Sequence record: MN850630.1
Source of the DNA: Escherichia phage naam
Reading direction: 5' to 3' (one strand)
DNA length: 64,000 nt
Positions within the stretch are counted from its first letter, which is position 1. Each line of letters begins with the position of its first letter. Under the pieces are notes generated by a model. The model did not search any database, was not told the DNA's origin, and saw only the letters and a program-made list of their open reading frames with translations. A program made the position numbers and the translations under genes. This document shows positions 37,881 to 48,462 of the stretch, piece after piece.

Positions 37881-39250
37881 TGGAAAAAGGGCAGTATGAT
37901 GTAGGCACAGATGCTGCCCTCGTTGCAATCATGAGCGGTGAGAATGTCTTCGTTTCAGGACCCGCAGGTTGTGGGAAGACGTACCTCATCAACATGATCC
38001 AGTCAATGTATGGAGACTCTTGCATAACGGTTGCCCCGACAGGGGTAGCCGCTTTAAACGTTAATGGAGCAACAGCACACCGAACCTTCGATCTTGCAGC
38101 AGGTGTGAGCATGGAGTCGGACTGGACCGCAATAAGGGCAAAAACAGCAAAGCCTTTGAAAAGCAAGGCATTTACCATCCTAATTATCGATGAAATCTCT
38201 ATGATCCGTGCTGATAAGTTTATAGAGATGGATAGGAAACTCCGCTTCCTTCGAAAAAATGACAAACCTTTCGGGGGCATACAGGTCATATTGTTTGGCG
38301 ATTTTTACCAGGCACCTCCTGTTGTCTCTTCTATGGAGAAGGAAGCCTACTTCAACTTCTACCATACGGACCTGTGTTGCTATACCGAATCTTGGAAAGA
38401 GCTTGACCTCCACAACATAGCCCTAATAGATCAGTTCCGACAGGAGTCTATTCGATTTGCTACAATGCTCAACTGTGTTCGTGAGGGTCGTCGCATAAAA
38501 GAGGTTGTAGCAGAACTTAATGCTCGCTGTTACAAAGGAGGTGTACCAACAGACGCTCTCACAATTTGCGCCACCAACAAACAAGCAGAGGAAGTGAACA
38601 GAAGGTTCTATGATGCCATCAACGCCCCAGAGAAGGTATACACTGGTGAAATGAAGGGTAAGTTTCCCTCCACCCTGCCAGTTGAGCAGGAGATGAAGTT
38701 GAAAATTGGCATGAAAGTTATGATAACCGCCAACGATGTTGACCCGACGCACAAAGTACCTTATTATGTTAACGGAACACGTGCCACAATTGTTAAATTT
38801 AAGAACAAGGCGGTGGTGGTAGAGCTTGAAGATGGAACACAGGTTGACATAGAGCAGAGGTTGTGGGAGAATAACGAGTATAAGCCATCTCAGAGATACA
38901 ACATTGCAGAAAGGAAGATGGAGAAGTTTATAGAGAGGGTAGTGATTGGGTCATACAAGCAACTTCCTCTGAAATCTGGGTACGCCGTAACATCTCATAA
39001 AAGTCAAGGACTTACACTAGATTGTTACAACCTAGACCTTGGAAAGAACGGAGCTTTCTCTCCTGGGATGACGTATGTCGCTTTGAGTAGAGTTAAGACA
39101 ATACAAGGGATAAACTTGTTGCGTCCACTAAGAGAAGTTGACATTATTGTTGACCCGCGAGTCGTAGAGTTTTACAATACAACATTCCCTGACTTAGACA
39201 AAATTGTCAGGAAAGATTTTGAAACCAGAGCCGAAGAGGGGGACGTATGA
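37880..39250 (+). CDS. SF1 DNA helicase (Pif1/RecD/Dda-like)
   Basis: Walker A GPAGCGKT followed by VAPTGVAALNVNGATAH; Walker B-like ILIIDEISM; start overlaps the upstream stop. Confidence 0.8.
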   Translation: MEKGQYDVGTDAALVAIMSGENVFVSGPAGCGKTYLINMIQSMYGDSCITVAPTGVAALNVNGATAHRTFDLAAGVSMESDWTAIRAKTAKPLKSKAFTILIIDEISMIRADKFIEMDRKLRFLRKNDKPFGGIQVILFGDFYQAPPVVSSMEKEAYFNFYHTDLCCYTESWKELDLHNIALIDQFRQESIRFATMLNCVREGRRIKEVVAELNARCYKGGVPTDALTICATNKQAEEVNRRFYDAINAPEKVYTGEMKGKFPSTLPVEQEMKLKIGMKVMITANDVDPTHKVPYYVNGTRATIVKFKNKAVVVELEDGTQVDIEQRLWENNEYKPSQRYNIAERKMEKFIERVVIGSYKQLPLKSGYAVTSHKSQGLTLDCYNLDLGKNGAFSPGMTYVALSRVKTIQGINLLRPLREVDIIVDPRVVEFYNTTFPDLDKIVRKDFETRAEEGDV

Positions 39251-39588
39251 GTTTGTGGAGAAATATAGTTAACTACGTGTGTGGCAATCCAACTCCTGAA
39301 GAGAAGGATGTTTTGATTCACGATTTTACTAAAAGATCCCGTGAAAAAGATCTACTGTTAACAAAGGTGACTGATAAAGACCCTGCAGTAGGGGACTGGG
39401 CAGGTTTTGCGTTTACATCGGACAAATACACCTTTAACAAAGGTGACTACCTTGTTGTGGATTTTAACGAAGACATCGAGGGTGCTGAACCTTACTATCA
39501 GACCCTTATTGTTGCAGGGTGTGTTAATCTATCTTCAGGCATGCACAGTTTGATTCTTTTTGAGCTTGACTCTGAAGACCTTGAGTAG
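39247..39588 (+). CDS. Hypothetical protein
   Basis: 113 aa ORF overlapping the helicase stop. Confidence 0.5.
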   Translation: MSLWRNIVNYVCGNPTPEEKDVLIHDFTKRSREKDLLLTKVTDKDPAVGDWAGFAFTSDKYTFNKGDYLVVDFNEDIEGAEPYYQTLIVAGCVNLSSGMHSLILFELDSEDLE

Positions 39589-39649
39589 TAAGATGTGAGT
39601 ATAAAGGGGAGGCCTCCTCCCCACAAAAAACTAAGGAGAGCACCAAACG

Positions 39650-40975
39650 ATGAGCAAAACCAAATTAGAACTTACCTGGATAGGTAAAAACGAGCGCAAA
39701 AAGTTAGAGCCGCACATTTTATTAGAAGATTCTAGCAAGTCTTACCGCAGCCAGAAAGTGACCGAAAACGATATTTTTGATAATAAACTGATTTTTGGAG
39801 ATAACTTATTAGCATTGAAGGCGCTAGAGCAAGAGTATGCAGGCAAAGTGAAGTGTGTTTACATAGACCCGCCATTCAATACCGGGAGGGCTTTTGAGCA
39901 CTACGATGATAGCCTGGAGCATTCCATTTGGCTGGGCTTAATGAGGGATAGGTTAGAAATAATTCGTAATCTTCTAAGTGATGATGGGGTAATATTCGTT
40001 CACTTAGATGATTGCGAAATGGCGTATTTAAAAGTTTTGATGGACGAGATTTTTGGTCGTGCAAATCAGTTAAATACCATATCGATGACCACAAATTCCC
40101 CTTCGGGATTTAAGGCAACAGGAGCCACAGTTTTCTCCACAGCAAACTTTTTGCTTGTATATGCAAAAGATCGCACCCAGAAACCGCTTAACAAAATCTA
40201 TATACCTAAAGGGTACGATACAGGATATAACAAATACCTATTAAACCCGGATGACCATTATAAAAATTGGACGTGGTGCAGTATTGCCGATGCGTTTGCA
40301 AAGGCCAATGGCTATAAGGATGCAAAAGAAGCCAAGAAAAAACTACCTGACACATTCGATGATGAATTAGCACAATTCGCAATTGATAATGCAGAACGTG
40401 TATTTCAATCTGTTGCAATTGGTGGTGGTGCTAAAATAAAGAGAAAAGAAACTATCGAGAAGTCAAAGAAAGATAGGGATAAGGTTTATGTACATCCAAA
40501 TGAGGATGTTGAAGGATTTTATATCGCAAATGGTAGGCAAATGGTCTTTTACTCCAATAGACTTTTGGAAATTGACGGTGAGATGCAACCTGCGGAACTA
40601 ATAACTGATGTTTGGACTGATATTAGTTGGAATGGAATAGCAAATGAAGGCGGCGTCAGTTTCAAAAATGGGAAAAAACCAGAAGCGCTTTTGAAGCGGA
40701 TTTTAGAAATGTGTACGCGAGAAGGCGATTTGGTATTGGATTCATTCGGTGGTTCGGGAACTACTGCTGCTGTAGCTCACAAGATGAAAAGACGTTGGAT
40801 CTCAATCGAGCTAGGTGATCATTGTCATACCCATATTATTCCGCGCTTGGAAAAAGTGATCGATGGCGAAGATCAAGGCGGTATTTCTAAGTCTGTAAAC
40901 TGGAAAGGTGGTGGTGGCTTCCGTTATTACAAACTTACCCCGACCTTAATTGCGAAAGATAAGTCTGATCAATAA
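39650..40975 (+). CDS. DNA methyltransferase (N6-adenine or N4-cytosine, beta-class)
   Basis: Catalytic motif IV VYIDPPFNTG precedes SAM-binding motif I SFGGSGTT, the order of beta-class amino-MTases. Confidence 0.8.
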   Translation: MSKTKLELTWIGKNERKKLEPHILLEDSSKSYRSQKVTENDIFDNKLIFGDNLLALKALEQEYAGKVKCVYIDPPFNTGRAFEHYDDSLEHSIWLGLMRDRLEIIRNLLSDDGVIFVHLDDCEMAYLKVLMDEIFGRANQLNTISMTTNSPSGFKATGATVFSTANFLLVYAKDRTQKPLNKIYIPKGYDTGYNKYLLNPDDHYKNWTWCSIADAFAKANGYKDAKEAKKKLPDTFDDELAQFAIDNAERVFQSVAIGGGAKIKRKETIEKSKKDRDKVYVHPNEDVEGFYIANGRQMVFYSNRLLEIDGEMQPAELITDVWTDISWNGIANEGGVSFKNGKKPEALLKRILEMCTREGDLVLDSFGGSGTTAAVAHKMKRRWISIELGDHCHTHIIPRLEKVIDGEDQGGISKSVNWKGGGGFRYYKLTPTLIAKDKSDQ

Positions 40976-40988
40976 AGAGTACAATCAA

Positions 40989-41294
40989 ATGATGAAACGT
41001 TATAAACCATACACTTTTGAAATCGATTTCGAACTTGACGATATGTTCACTGTGGAAGCTCAGGCAGTTGTCCAGTTGCCAGACCCAGCGTGCCGTGATT
41101 CTGATGTTGACTATTATGGATTTAGACAAATTACCGATGTGCATGTTTACCACAACGGTGAAGAGGTGGACTTCCACAAACTGCCAAACGATATGCGCCA
41201 CTCAATTTACAAACGTGCAGCCCGTGAACTAGAGTCCTATCTTGATGCAGCGACGACAGCAGCTGCATTTGCCGAAGAAGTGGGAGGTTTCTGA
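40989..41294 (+). CDS. Hypothetical protein
   Basis: Track start 40950 lies inside the MTase gene; first ATG after the MTase stop is 40989. Confidence 0.45.
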   Translation: MMKRYKPYTFEIDFELDDMFTVEAQAVVQLPDPACRDSDVDYYGFRQITDVHVYHNGEEVDFHKLPNDMRHSIYKRAARELESYLDAATTAAAFAEEVGGF

Positions 41295-41689
41295 TGATTA
41301 CAGGTGTGAAGATTATCCAATACCACTTAACCAAGTTGGAAGATGCTGAGAAAGAGCTTGCAGAAGTTCTGAACAGTGGATATACTTTGCTATCATGCGC
41401 CTGTTCAGACACCTACGCTGTGTGGACACTTATCCGGAAGGAAGAGCCTGCAGGGATCTTGGTGCCAAACCCTAAGATTATTAGTGAGGTGGATGACTAC
41501 CCCCAAGACGGCCTGCCAGAAGGCTGGGAAGTATGGGAAGGTGGTGAAAACCCTGCACCAGGTAAGTGGGTAAAATACAAACTACGTAGTGGTGCACAGT
41601 ACGCTGACTACTCTGATGACCTAGACTGGAGTCATTCTTCACCAGGATCGTCTGCAAGTTCATATGATATCGTTGCTTTTCAGGAATAA
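41294..41689 (+). CDS. Hypothetical protein
   Basis: 131 aa ORF with RBS ggagg. Confidence 0.5.
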   Translation: MITGVKIIQYHLTKLEDAEKELAEVLNSGYTLLSCACSDTYAVWTLIRKEEPAGILVPNPKIISEVDDYPQDGLPEGWEVWEGGENPAPGKWVKYKLRSGAQYADYSDDLDWSHSSPGSSASSYDIVAFQE

Positions 41690-41701
41690 GGAGAGAGTAC
41701 T

Positions 41702-42184
41702 ATGTCAGATTTTATGTGGAAAGTAGGCTATGCCACTCCTGAAATGTGCGAGGCTTGCTTTGTGAAAATAGGCCGCGAGGATATCGACAAAGTGATCCTT
41801 AAGTTTCGTGATGTGGCTGTGATCGGCAACCGGGTGCTTAAGCACTTAAAGAATCTGAAGCTCACTAAAAAGAAGTTCTTCGGACTTTTCGAAGAGAAAG
41901 TTGATGCTTGGACCCATTGCATTCAGGAAGCTAAATCTCACTACAGTGCTATCGTTACTCCAGAACGGGTAGCTAAGATGGAAGGATTCATCAACAGCAC
42001 AGAATTTGAGTGTCTGAAAGCTGCACTTGATAGTTATCCGAAATGCCTCAAGCACTTGGACAAGTATGCAGAAAAGGATGGGGAAATGTATCTAACCCTG
42101 GACGCATATTATGAGATGCAAGAAATTTTAAATTTAGATTTGACATTGGTATCCACCGAGTACACAATAGGTATCCGGGTTTAA
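41702..42184 (+). CDS. Hypothetical protein
   Basis: 160 aa ORF with RBS ggagag, followed by a terminator. Confidence 0.5.
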   Translation: MSDFMWKVGYATPEMCEACFVKIGREDIDKVILKFRDVAVIGNRVLKHLKNLKLTKKKFFGLFEEKVDAWTHCIQEAKSHYSAIVTPERVAKMEGFINSTEFECLKAALDSYPKCLKHLDKYAEKDGEMYLTLDAYYEMQEILNLDLTLVSTEYTIGIRV

Positions 42185-42190
42185 CACTAG

Positions 42191-42218
42191 GCCCTGCCCG
42201 AAAGGGTGGGGCTTTTTG
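42191..42218 (+). terminator. Rho-independent terminator, GAAA-tetraloop hairpin
   Basis: gccctgccc-gaaa-gggtggggc followed by tttttg; identical hairpin recurs at 52325. Confidence 0.8.
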
Positions 42219-42235
42219 CATTAGGAGACAGCAAA

Positions 42236-43000
42236 TTGAAATTTATCTACAAAGAACACTACCATAAAGGTGTTGTGTGGAGTCTATTTGACGGGTCTGG
42301 TGGTGCAGTCATTGACTGGGCAAAAGCTGGGTACCTGTGCCTGTGCTTTAATGCAGAAGGCGCTGATCACGGCAGTTATGCAGAGGTGATCACCGATCAT
42401 CCCAACATTCACTATGTGGACTATTGGATTGACCCGTGGTTCCCTCAGGAAACTTTTTGCATGTATCCGGCTCCAGACTTTATTCTTGCATTTCCTCCGT
42501 GCACGCATTTAGCGGTATCAGGTGCTGCACATTTTAAGAAAAAGCTGGCTAAGGACCCCATGATCCAAATTAATGCTGTAAAGGATGCTCGGGTTGCGGA
42601 AGAGCTGGGAGAGATTTACGATTGCCCGTGGCATGTAGAGAATCCTGTGGGTGTTATGTCCACACTGTGGCGCAAACCTGATTACCGTTTTCACCCTTCG
42701 GATTATGGCGGGTATTTACCGGAAGATGATGTAAACCCATGGTTTCCTGAATTTATAGCTCCACGTGATGCCTATCCAAAAATAACTTGCGGCTGGATAG
42801 GTAATGGATTTATAATCCCAGCCACAAAACCTGTCCCGCAAATAGTTGACGCGGTTAGCGGGTATTCCATGCAACACGCCAAGCTGGGTGGAAAGAGTGC
42901 AAGAACGAAGATGATTCGAAGCCTCACACCACGTGGCTGGGCAAAAGCCGTATTCCTAGCAAACGAGCCTGTAGTAAGGAGCAGAATTAATGGGAAGTAA
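42236..43000 (+). CDS. C5-cytosine methyltransferase-like protein with non-canonical motifs and no obvious target-recognition domain
   Basis: Track GTG start 42206 is inside the terminator stem; TTG at 42236 has RBS aggaga. Motif I-like SLFDGSGG, PC-like FPPCTH, ENV-like VENPVG. Confidence 0.45.
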   Translation: MKFIYKEHYHKGVVWSLFDGSGGAVIDWAKAGYLCLCFNAEGADHGSYAEVITDHPNIHYVDYWIDPWFPQETFCMYPAPDFILAFPPCTHLAVSGAAHFKKKLAKDPMIQINAVKDARVAEELGEIYDCPWHVENPVGVMSTLWRKPDYRFHPSDYGGYLPEDDVNPWFPEFIAPRDAYPKITCGWIGNGFIIPATKPVPQIVDAVSGYSMQHAKLGGKSARTKMIRSLTPRGWAKAVFLANEPVVRSRINGK

Positions 43001-45068
43001 ATTTATGGCATCTGCATACAACCGTTTCGGTGAGCCAAACCCGAAAGCAACTAAGTATAAAAGTGGGGGAAGTGTGAAACGAGACTATCGTGATGAAAAA
43101 GAAGTTGAAACTGTAGAGACTGTTTTAGAAAATACTAAAATTGTCCCTGTCCCACAACAAAATATCGGTCTGATGGCTGCACAATATTTTGGTGTGCGAT
43201 CAGCATTGTCACAAGAAGACGGTGTGACAGTCACTGCAACATATTTCCCATATTACGACCGCTACGGAAATCTGTCCGGTTTCAAAAAGCGTGACTGGAC
43301 TATTCCTAAAGAACAAAGGGGCCACTTCTCCGTTGTTGGCATCGTAAAGGCCAACTCCCAGATGTTTGGTCAAAAGCTGTGTGCATCTTCCAACAACCGT
43401 AAGCAGATTAACGTTTGTGAGGGAGAAGGTGATGTTATTGCAGCATGGCAGGCTGCATATCAGATACAAGTAAAAGGGATTCTCACCAACGCTAAAGCCC
43501 CGGCAAAGGTGAAGCAGTGGGCTAAAGAGGTCCAGGACGGGATCGACGCAGTTATCAACGGTGGTGATCTGGCAGGAAAACCCTGCCTGCCTTTTGTTGG
43601 AATTAACTGTGGATGTGCAAACGCAGTAGATACTTTTGCAAACAATGAGAAGTTTATCCGTAGCTATGGAACAGTTGTGCTGGCAATGGATAACGATGCA
43701 GCTAACGAGGTAGAGAAGCAAAAACACGTCATTAAAGGTGTCGAGGCCACGCACAATATCGCAGCATTTTTGATGGCTGATAACGTTTACCACGTAGAAT
43801 ACCCTGGTGAAGTAAACGACCCTGACGGTGTAAAAGATATCCGAGACATGCTGAAGGCTAAAAAGCTGGAAGATATTGTCAACATGTTCCGGCATCCTGT
43901 TAAATATGTGCCTGATGCTGTGTCGGATTTAGAAGACTTCTCTATCGAGTCTTTGCGGAAAAAGACTTCCAACGGGGTAGATATCAGCGCAGAGTTCCCA
44001 AAACTGCAAAAAATGCTAAAAGGCTTGCACAAAGGTACACTCGTAATGCTTACAGGCCCATCAGGTGGCGGTAAAACAACCGTAGCTAAAAAACTGGAAC
44101 ACTGTATTGCAAGATACCTAATGGACCCGACATGCCCGAAGGCTGATGACTATGAAGAGGATGATCGTCTATGTATGATCCATCTTGAGGAGGACCCAGA
44201 GGAAGCAATTAACTCCTTGTATGCAAACCAGTTAGGGTTTGATGTTAAAGAGTTTGTTGAAGATCCTAGCCAGTTTTTAACTGATCAAGAACACGCAGAG
44301 ATTCATCAGTCATGGGCAAAAGCTGGAAAAATCAAAGTGTTCAAACATTTCGGGTCTATTCCGGTGGATGAGTTGATTACCAAGCTTAAGCAAATGGTTT
44401 GCCTGTACCATTGCCGTTATATTGTGCTGGATCACCTGTCCATGGTAATTTCAGGGCTTAATGTTAAGGATGAGCGAAAAGAACTGGACATGGCTATGAC
44501 CCAACTGGCTGCGTTTTGTAAGCAGTTTAATGTGTTTATCTTGGTGATCGCTCACCTCAAACGTACAGAGATTGTGCCTCCTAAGGACAAGGATGGTAAC
44601 CCGTTACCTTTCTGGTATCCTGTGCGAAAAGAGAATTTGCGAGGATCGGCGGGGCTTGAACAGTTGAGTTGGGTAGTCATAGGTGTCGAGGCCGAAGAAA
44701 TGGTGGATCGTTCTCGTGGGCGTGTCCGTCTGGTAGGTCTTAAAAACCGTCCAGCAAAAACTTTAGGTATTGCTGACACTTTAGTTATGGACCCGCACAC
44801 AGGTAAGTTCCATGATGCCAGTAACTGGTACTGGGACAAAGAAATGCAAATGTTTACAGACGGAGAAGGTGGGGAGGTTGTTTGGAGACCTCAGGCTATG
44901 TTTGAGGATCAGGAGCATGCAGTTGTAGAAACACCTATGGGCAAGGTTGTGGCTGATAAGGTTGTAACTCCTACTGTTAAGCCTGTTGACACGCAGGAAG
45001 ACCTCCAGTACGATGATCCGTCCTCTGACCATGTTCCTGGTTTTGAGGATGATGAAACACCTTTTTAA
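42990..45068 (+). CDS. Replicative helicase with N-terminal TOPRIM (primase-like) domain, T7 gp4-like architecture
   Basis: TOPRIM-like CEGEGDV and VVLAMDNDAANE; Walker A LTGPSGGGKTT; DnaB-type FILVIAHLKR; acidic C-terminus ending FEDDETPF. Confidence 0.75.
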   Translation: MGSKFMASAYNRFGEPNPKATKYKSGGSVKRDYRDEKEVETVETVLENTKIVPVPQQNIGLMAAQYFGVRSALSQEDGVTVTATYFPYYDRYGNLSGFKKRDWTIPKEQRGHFSVVGIVKANSQMFGQKLCASSNNRKQINVCEGEGDVIAAWQAAYQIQVKGILTNAKAPAKVKQWAKEVQDGIDAVINGGDLAGKPCLPFVGINCGCANAVDTFANNEKFIRSYGTVVLAMDNDAANEVEKQKHVIKGVEATHNIAAFLMADNVYHVEYPGEVNDPDGVKDIRDMLKAKKLEDIVNMFRHPVKYVPDAVSDLEDFSIESLRKKTSNGVDISAEFPKLQKMLKGLHKGTLVMLTGPSGGGKTTVAKKLEHCIARYLMDPTCPKADDYEEDDRLCMIHLEEDPEEAINSLYANQLGFDVKEFVEDPSQFLTDQEHAEIHQSWAKAGKIKVFKHFGSIPVDELITKLKQMVCLYHCRYIVLDHLSMVISGLNVKDERKELDMAMTQLAAFCKQFNVFILVIAHLKRTEIVPPKDKDGNPLPFWYPVRKENLRGSAGLEQLSWVVIGVEAEEMVDRSRGRVRLVGLKNRPAKTLGIADTLVMDPHTGKFHDASNWYWDKEMQMFTDGEGGEVVWRPQAMFEDQEHAVVETPMGKVVADKVVTPTVKPVDTQEDLQYDDPSSDHVPGFEDDETPF

Positions 45069-45126
45069 TGTTTAACAAAGAGTGGGAGGGGTAGTACAAC
45101 CGCCTCCCCTTTAAGGAGAACTGTAT

Positions 45127-47904
45127 ATGAGCATGTGGTCGTTCGATTTTGAGTCATCCGGTTTGCTGGAAGACCCAGATCTTTATTATCACTGCGGCCT
45201 GTTTAAAGAGCTGAATAAGAACCGTTTTATGCTGTTCCTTCCTCTGAATGACCGCACACACTACTCCGAGGAGGATATAGAGAAGGCCAAGAACTTTATT
45301 CTGGCAAAGAAAACTCTTTATAAGGATTTTGAAGTTCGCATAGCAGATTTTTCGGAGTTGGAAGGTTGGCTTACAGGAAATTCCGACTGGTCACCAACAG
45401 CTTTGAACTGCCATAACTGCTACAGTTATGACTTTATGCTGATGGAGAGATTATCCGGTATTCATTTTGATATGTTCCGTGATCCTAAATGTATGGGGAC
45501 TATCAACGACCACCAGGTTAACCTGTTTGATACGTTGGCGATGAGCCGAATCTTGTGGCCTGATCGCCCTTTACCAAAAGGTTGTCCGGACTCCGTATTC
45601 AACCCGGTTACTAAGAAAATGCAGCCTGTTGGTCCTCACGGCCTTATGGCATGGGGCTACGCCCTTGGTAACCAGAAAGTTCAAATTGATGACTGGCGCG
45701 ATCTTCCGTTGTGGAAGTATGTGGATCGTGTATTCGAGGACGTTATCATCCAGGAGCTACTCTGGAAAGAGCTGGTAGCGGAATCAAAAGGTGTATTCTA
45801 CGGCAAATCTGACATGCAGAACTTTATGTACGATCCTGCCAAAGAGAAGCCGAAAGGGTTCAAGAAGATCACCTGGAAGAACGCATTGCGCCGGGGTATG
45901 CTGCAACACTTCCTGATGGAGCTGCAGGCCCGTCAGGGTGTGTATTTTGACATAGATGGGGCTATTGCTTTACGTGACCGTTGCGATGCTTGGATGAAAG
46001 AAATCGCTGATCGTGTTGAACCACAACTACCTTTAAAAGAGCTGTCAATGTCTCAGCGGCCCAAGTTCCCTGAAAAGCCGTTTAACCAAGATGGGACAAT
46101 CTCCAATAATGGTTGGAAATGGTTAAAAGATAAGCTTGGCTATCCTGTGGACATGAGTGCTTTAGAGTTCAAGGCCCCGCCTAAGCGAGCATTTACCTCT
46201 ACAGGAGATGTCAGTAAGATGGGGATAAAATGGTGTGAAGAGATGGGCTGCAAAGACCCAGATAAGATGGCTGATTTCTTGAGAGGCTATATTAAGGGCA
46301 CCTCCACACCACAACCTTTGCCTAAAGAGCTAATGGATCAGGCAATAAGTGATCTACAGCAGAAGCGAATGCCGGACTGCAAGATACCTATGAAAATCAG
46401 CAACCAGGACGACATTAAGCGATACCTGATCAGTGCTGGTTGGCTTCCGACAATGTGGAGAACTAAGGATGTAACTAAAGACAGCAAGAAGAAAGCTCTA
46501 CCTGATGCAGATGTTGATGCACGAGTATATGCATATATGGACGAGCTTTTAGAGTCAGAGTATTGTGACCTGATTATCAACTTCTGGAACAAAACTGATG
46601 CTAAGTTCCAGACAACCGTGCACAAGTTCCGAAGCTTTCCTAACTCCGAAAGGATTAAAAAGGAAGTATTCGGGAAAATACGTAGAAAAGCTAGGGCACT
46701 TATTACTTCTCCGCAACTGAAAGATACTTTTGGACACCTATGTCCAAATCTTGAAAAATTGAACGGAGAGATGGCTAAAGATATCGTCTTGTGGTTATCA
46801 TTGCGAAACCGCAGATCGGTCCTTGATCCAATCAAGGAGGATAAGGTTGATACTGGTCTTCTTAATCACCCACGTTTGAAGATTGACCATAAGCTTCCTG
46901 CTAAAAGCTCTGGATTAACAAACACTTCCCGACAGAAACACAGTATTTGTGCAAACATGCCTAAACCATCTCCTAAAGTGGTTATGGGTAAAGAGATGCG
47001 TAGTCTGTGGGGTGTTCCTCCAGGATACTTTGAGATCGGTATTGACGGGTCCAACTTAGAGCAGCTTATCGGGGCTTGGGGTGCCTTTGAGTTCGACAAC
47101 GGCTTGTATTATGATGTTGTAAGTAACGGAGACGCACACCAAAACAACGCCGAGGCATATACAAAAGTAGCAGGCAGAGAGGTATCTCGTAACGACGGTA
47201 AACCTATCACGTATGGGGTTATGTACGGGGCACAAAAAGACAAAGTTGCAGACATGCTGGATATCTCCCCAGAGTTGGGACAAAGGGTAATTGATGCACT
47301 TTGGGATGCCAACCCTGGTCTTAAGGGGCGTAAAGAAGATCTGGAGAAATTCTGGGAAGCAACGGGTAAGAAGTTTATCTACTCTTTTGATGGTCATGCT
47401 ATCTGGACCCGATCTAAACACTCTTTACTTAATGCATACCAACAGAATGGTGGTGCATCGTTGTGTGACTTAGTTGGGATACTCATGCACCACCAAATGG
47501 TGAAGCGTGGGTGGTACGATGAAGGTGTTCGTCGTATTATTTATTACCATGACGAATATCAGCTTCAAGTCCCTGACACACCTAAGTATAAGACTGTGTA
47601 CACCTTCGACACAATTGAAGAACTGGAAGCATTTAAGGCAGAGCAGGAGTCCAAACTTCATGTGTTCGACGGTCATAAGTACAAAAAGGCACGCAAGGAT
47701 GAGGACGGAAACGAAGTGGTTGACAGAGACGGAAACACGGTGTACGATCCTATCCTGAACGATGACGGAAAGCTTGAACTTATCTGGAGCCCTGTGGGTG
47801 AAATGGTGGTGCATTGCTTCTGGCAAGCTTCTAAAATGATGGGCGTCCCGTTTCAGATCACAGGTGAATACCTGTGTGGTCGTAATTGGGGTGATTGTCA
47901 CTAA
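45127..47904 (+). CDS. DNA polymerase, family A (Pol I-like) with N-terminal exonuclease region
   Basis: Motif B-like RNDGKPITYGVMYGAQ, motif C YYHDEYQLQV, N-terminal FDFESSGL exo-like motif; 925 aa. Confidence 0.85.
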   Translation: MSMWSFDFESSGLLEDPDLYYHCGLFKELNKNRFMLFLPLNDRTHYSEEDIEKAKNFILAKKTLYKDFEVRIADFSELEGWLTGNSDWSPTALNCHNCYSYDFMLMERLSGIHFDMFRDPKCMGTINDHQVNLFDTLAMSRILWPDRPLPKGCPDSVFNPVTKKMQPVGPHGLMAWGYALGNQKVQIDDWRDLPLWKYVDRVFEDVIIQELLWKELVAESKGVFYGKSDMQNFMYDPAKEKPKGFKKITWKNALRRGMLQHFLMELQARQGVYFDIDGAIALRDRCDAWMKEIADRVEPQLPLKELSMSQRPKFPEKPFNQDGTISNNGWKWLKDKLGYPVDMSALEFKAPPKRAFTSTGDVSKMGIKWCEEMGCKDPDKMADFLRGYIKGTSTPQPLPKELMDQAISDLQQKRMPDCKIPMKISNQDDIKRYLISAGWLPTMWRTKDVTKDSKKKALPDADVDARVYAYMDELLESEYCDLIINFWNKTDAKFQTTVHKFRSFPNSERIKKEVFGKIRRKARALITSPQLKDTFGHLCPNLEKLNGEMAKDIVLWLSLRNRRSVLDPIKEDKVDTGLLNHPRLKIDHKLPAKSSGLTNTSRQKHSICANMPKPSPKVVMGKEMRSLWGVPPGYFEIGIDGSNLEQLIGAWGAFEFDNGLYYDVVSNGDAHQNNAEAYTKVAGREVSRNDGKPITYGVMYGAQKDKVADMLDISPELGQRVIDALWDANPGLKGRKEDLEKFWEATGKKFIYSFDGHAIWTRSKHSLLNAYQQNGGASLCDLVGILMHHQMVKRGWYDEGVRRIIYYHDEYQLQVPDTPKYKTVYTFDTIEELEAFKAEQESKLHVFDGHKYKKARKDEDGNEVVDRDGNTVYDPILNDDGKLELIWSPVGEMVVHCFWQASKMMGVPFQITGEYLCGRNWGDCH

Positions 47905-47953
47905 TGTAAACTATCAACACATGGAAGTGTTGTTGAGCAAAGAGGAGACTTTT

Positions 47954-48238
47954 ATGGTAGTAGAACCAACAAAAACATTTACATCCATGACTATCCCTGT
48001 TATTATGCAGGTGGAGTGTGTTCAGGTATCTCAAGTGTGGCCAGGCACTAAAATCCCAACAGGGCCTGATTTCTTTCAGGTTGGGAAAGTGTACAATGTC
48101 TGGAAGGCACCAGATTGTCACCCTTTCATCAAAGATGACCGTGGAATGCTGTGGTATCTTGGAAATGATTTGACACTGCACCTTGGGAATGCTATTATTG
48201 CAGTATTCAGACTTAACAAGAAGGAGACTGATCAATGA
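47954..48238 (+). CDS. Small hypothetical protein, member of a tandem paralog family
   Basis: Track start 47864 overlaps the polymerase; ATG at 47954 has RBS agaggag; motif KVYNVWKA...IKDDRGMLWYL. Confidence 0.45.
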   Translation: MVVEPTKTFTSMTIPVIMQVECVQVSQVWPGTKIPTGPDFFQVGKVYNVWKAPDCHPFIKDDRGMLWYLGNDLTLHLGNAIIAVFRLNKKETDQ

Positions 48239-48462
48239 CGACTTTGGTTAAAGCTACCTTTGTAGAAGAAAAGATGACAGACCTGTCATTCTTTAAAGAA
48301 GGAAAGACCTACGAGGTTTATTACGATAAAGCTCGTGCAAACAAGATGATTAAAGACGAGGAAGGGATTGCCTGGTTTATCTCCCATCTGGCAAACGGTG
48401 AGTATCATATCTACGGAACCACCCTGCTTGCCAAGTTTGTAGCTGTTGAAGAGGACCTATGA
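48235..48462 (+). CDS. Small hypothetical protein, tandem paralog
   Basis: Motif GKTYEVYYD...IKDEEGIAWFI. Confidence 0.5.
   Translation: MTTLVKATFVEEKMTDLSFFKEGKTYEVYYDKARANKMIKDEEGIAWFISHLANGEYHIYGTTLLAKFVAVEEDL

Noticed and set aside
42206-42235. GTG start at 42206 for the C5-MTase-like gene
   Set aside because: The codon lies inside the stem of the 42191 terminator hairpin with no RBS; TTG at 42236 is preceded by aggaga at the right distance.
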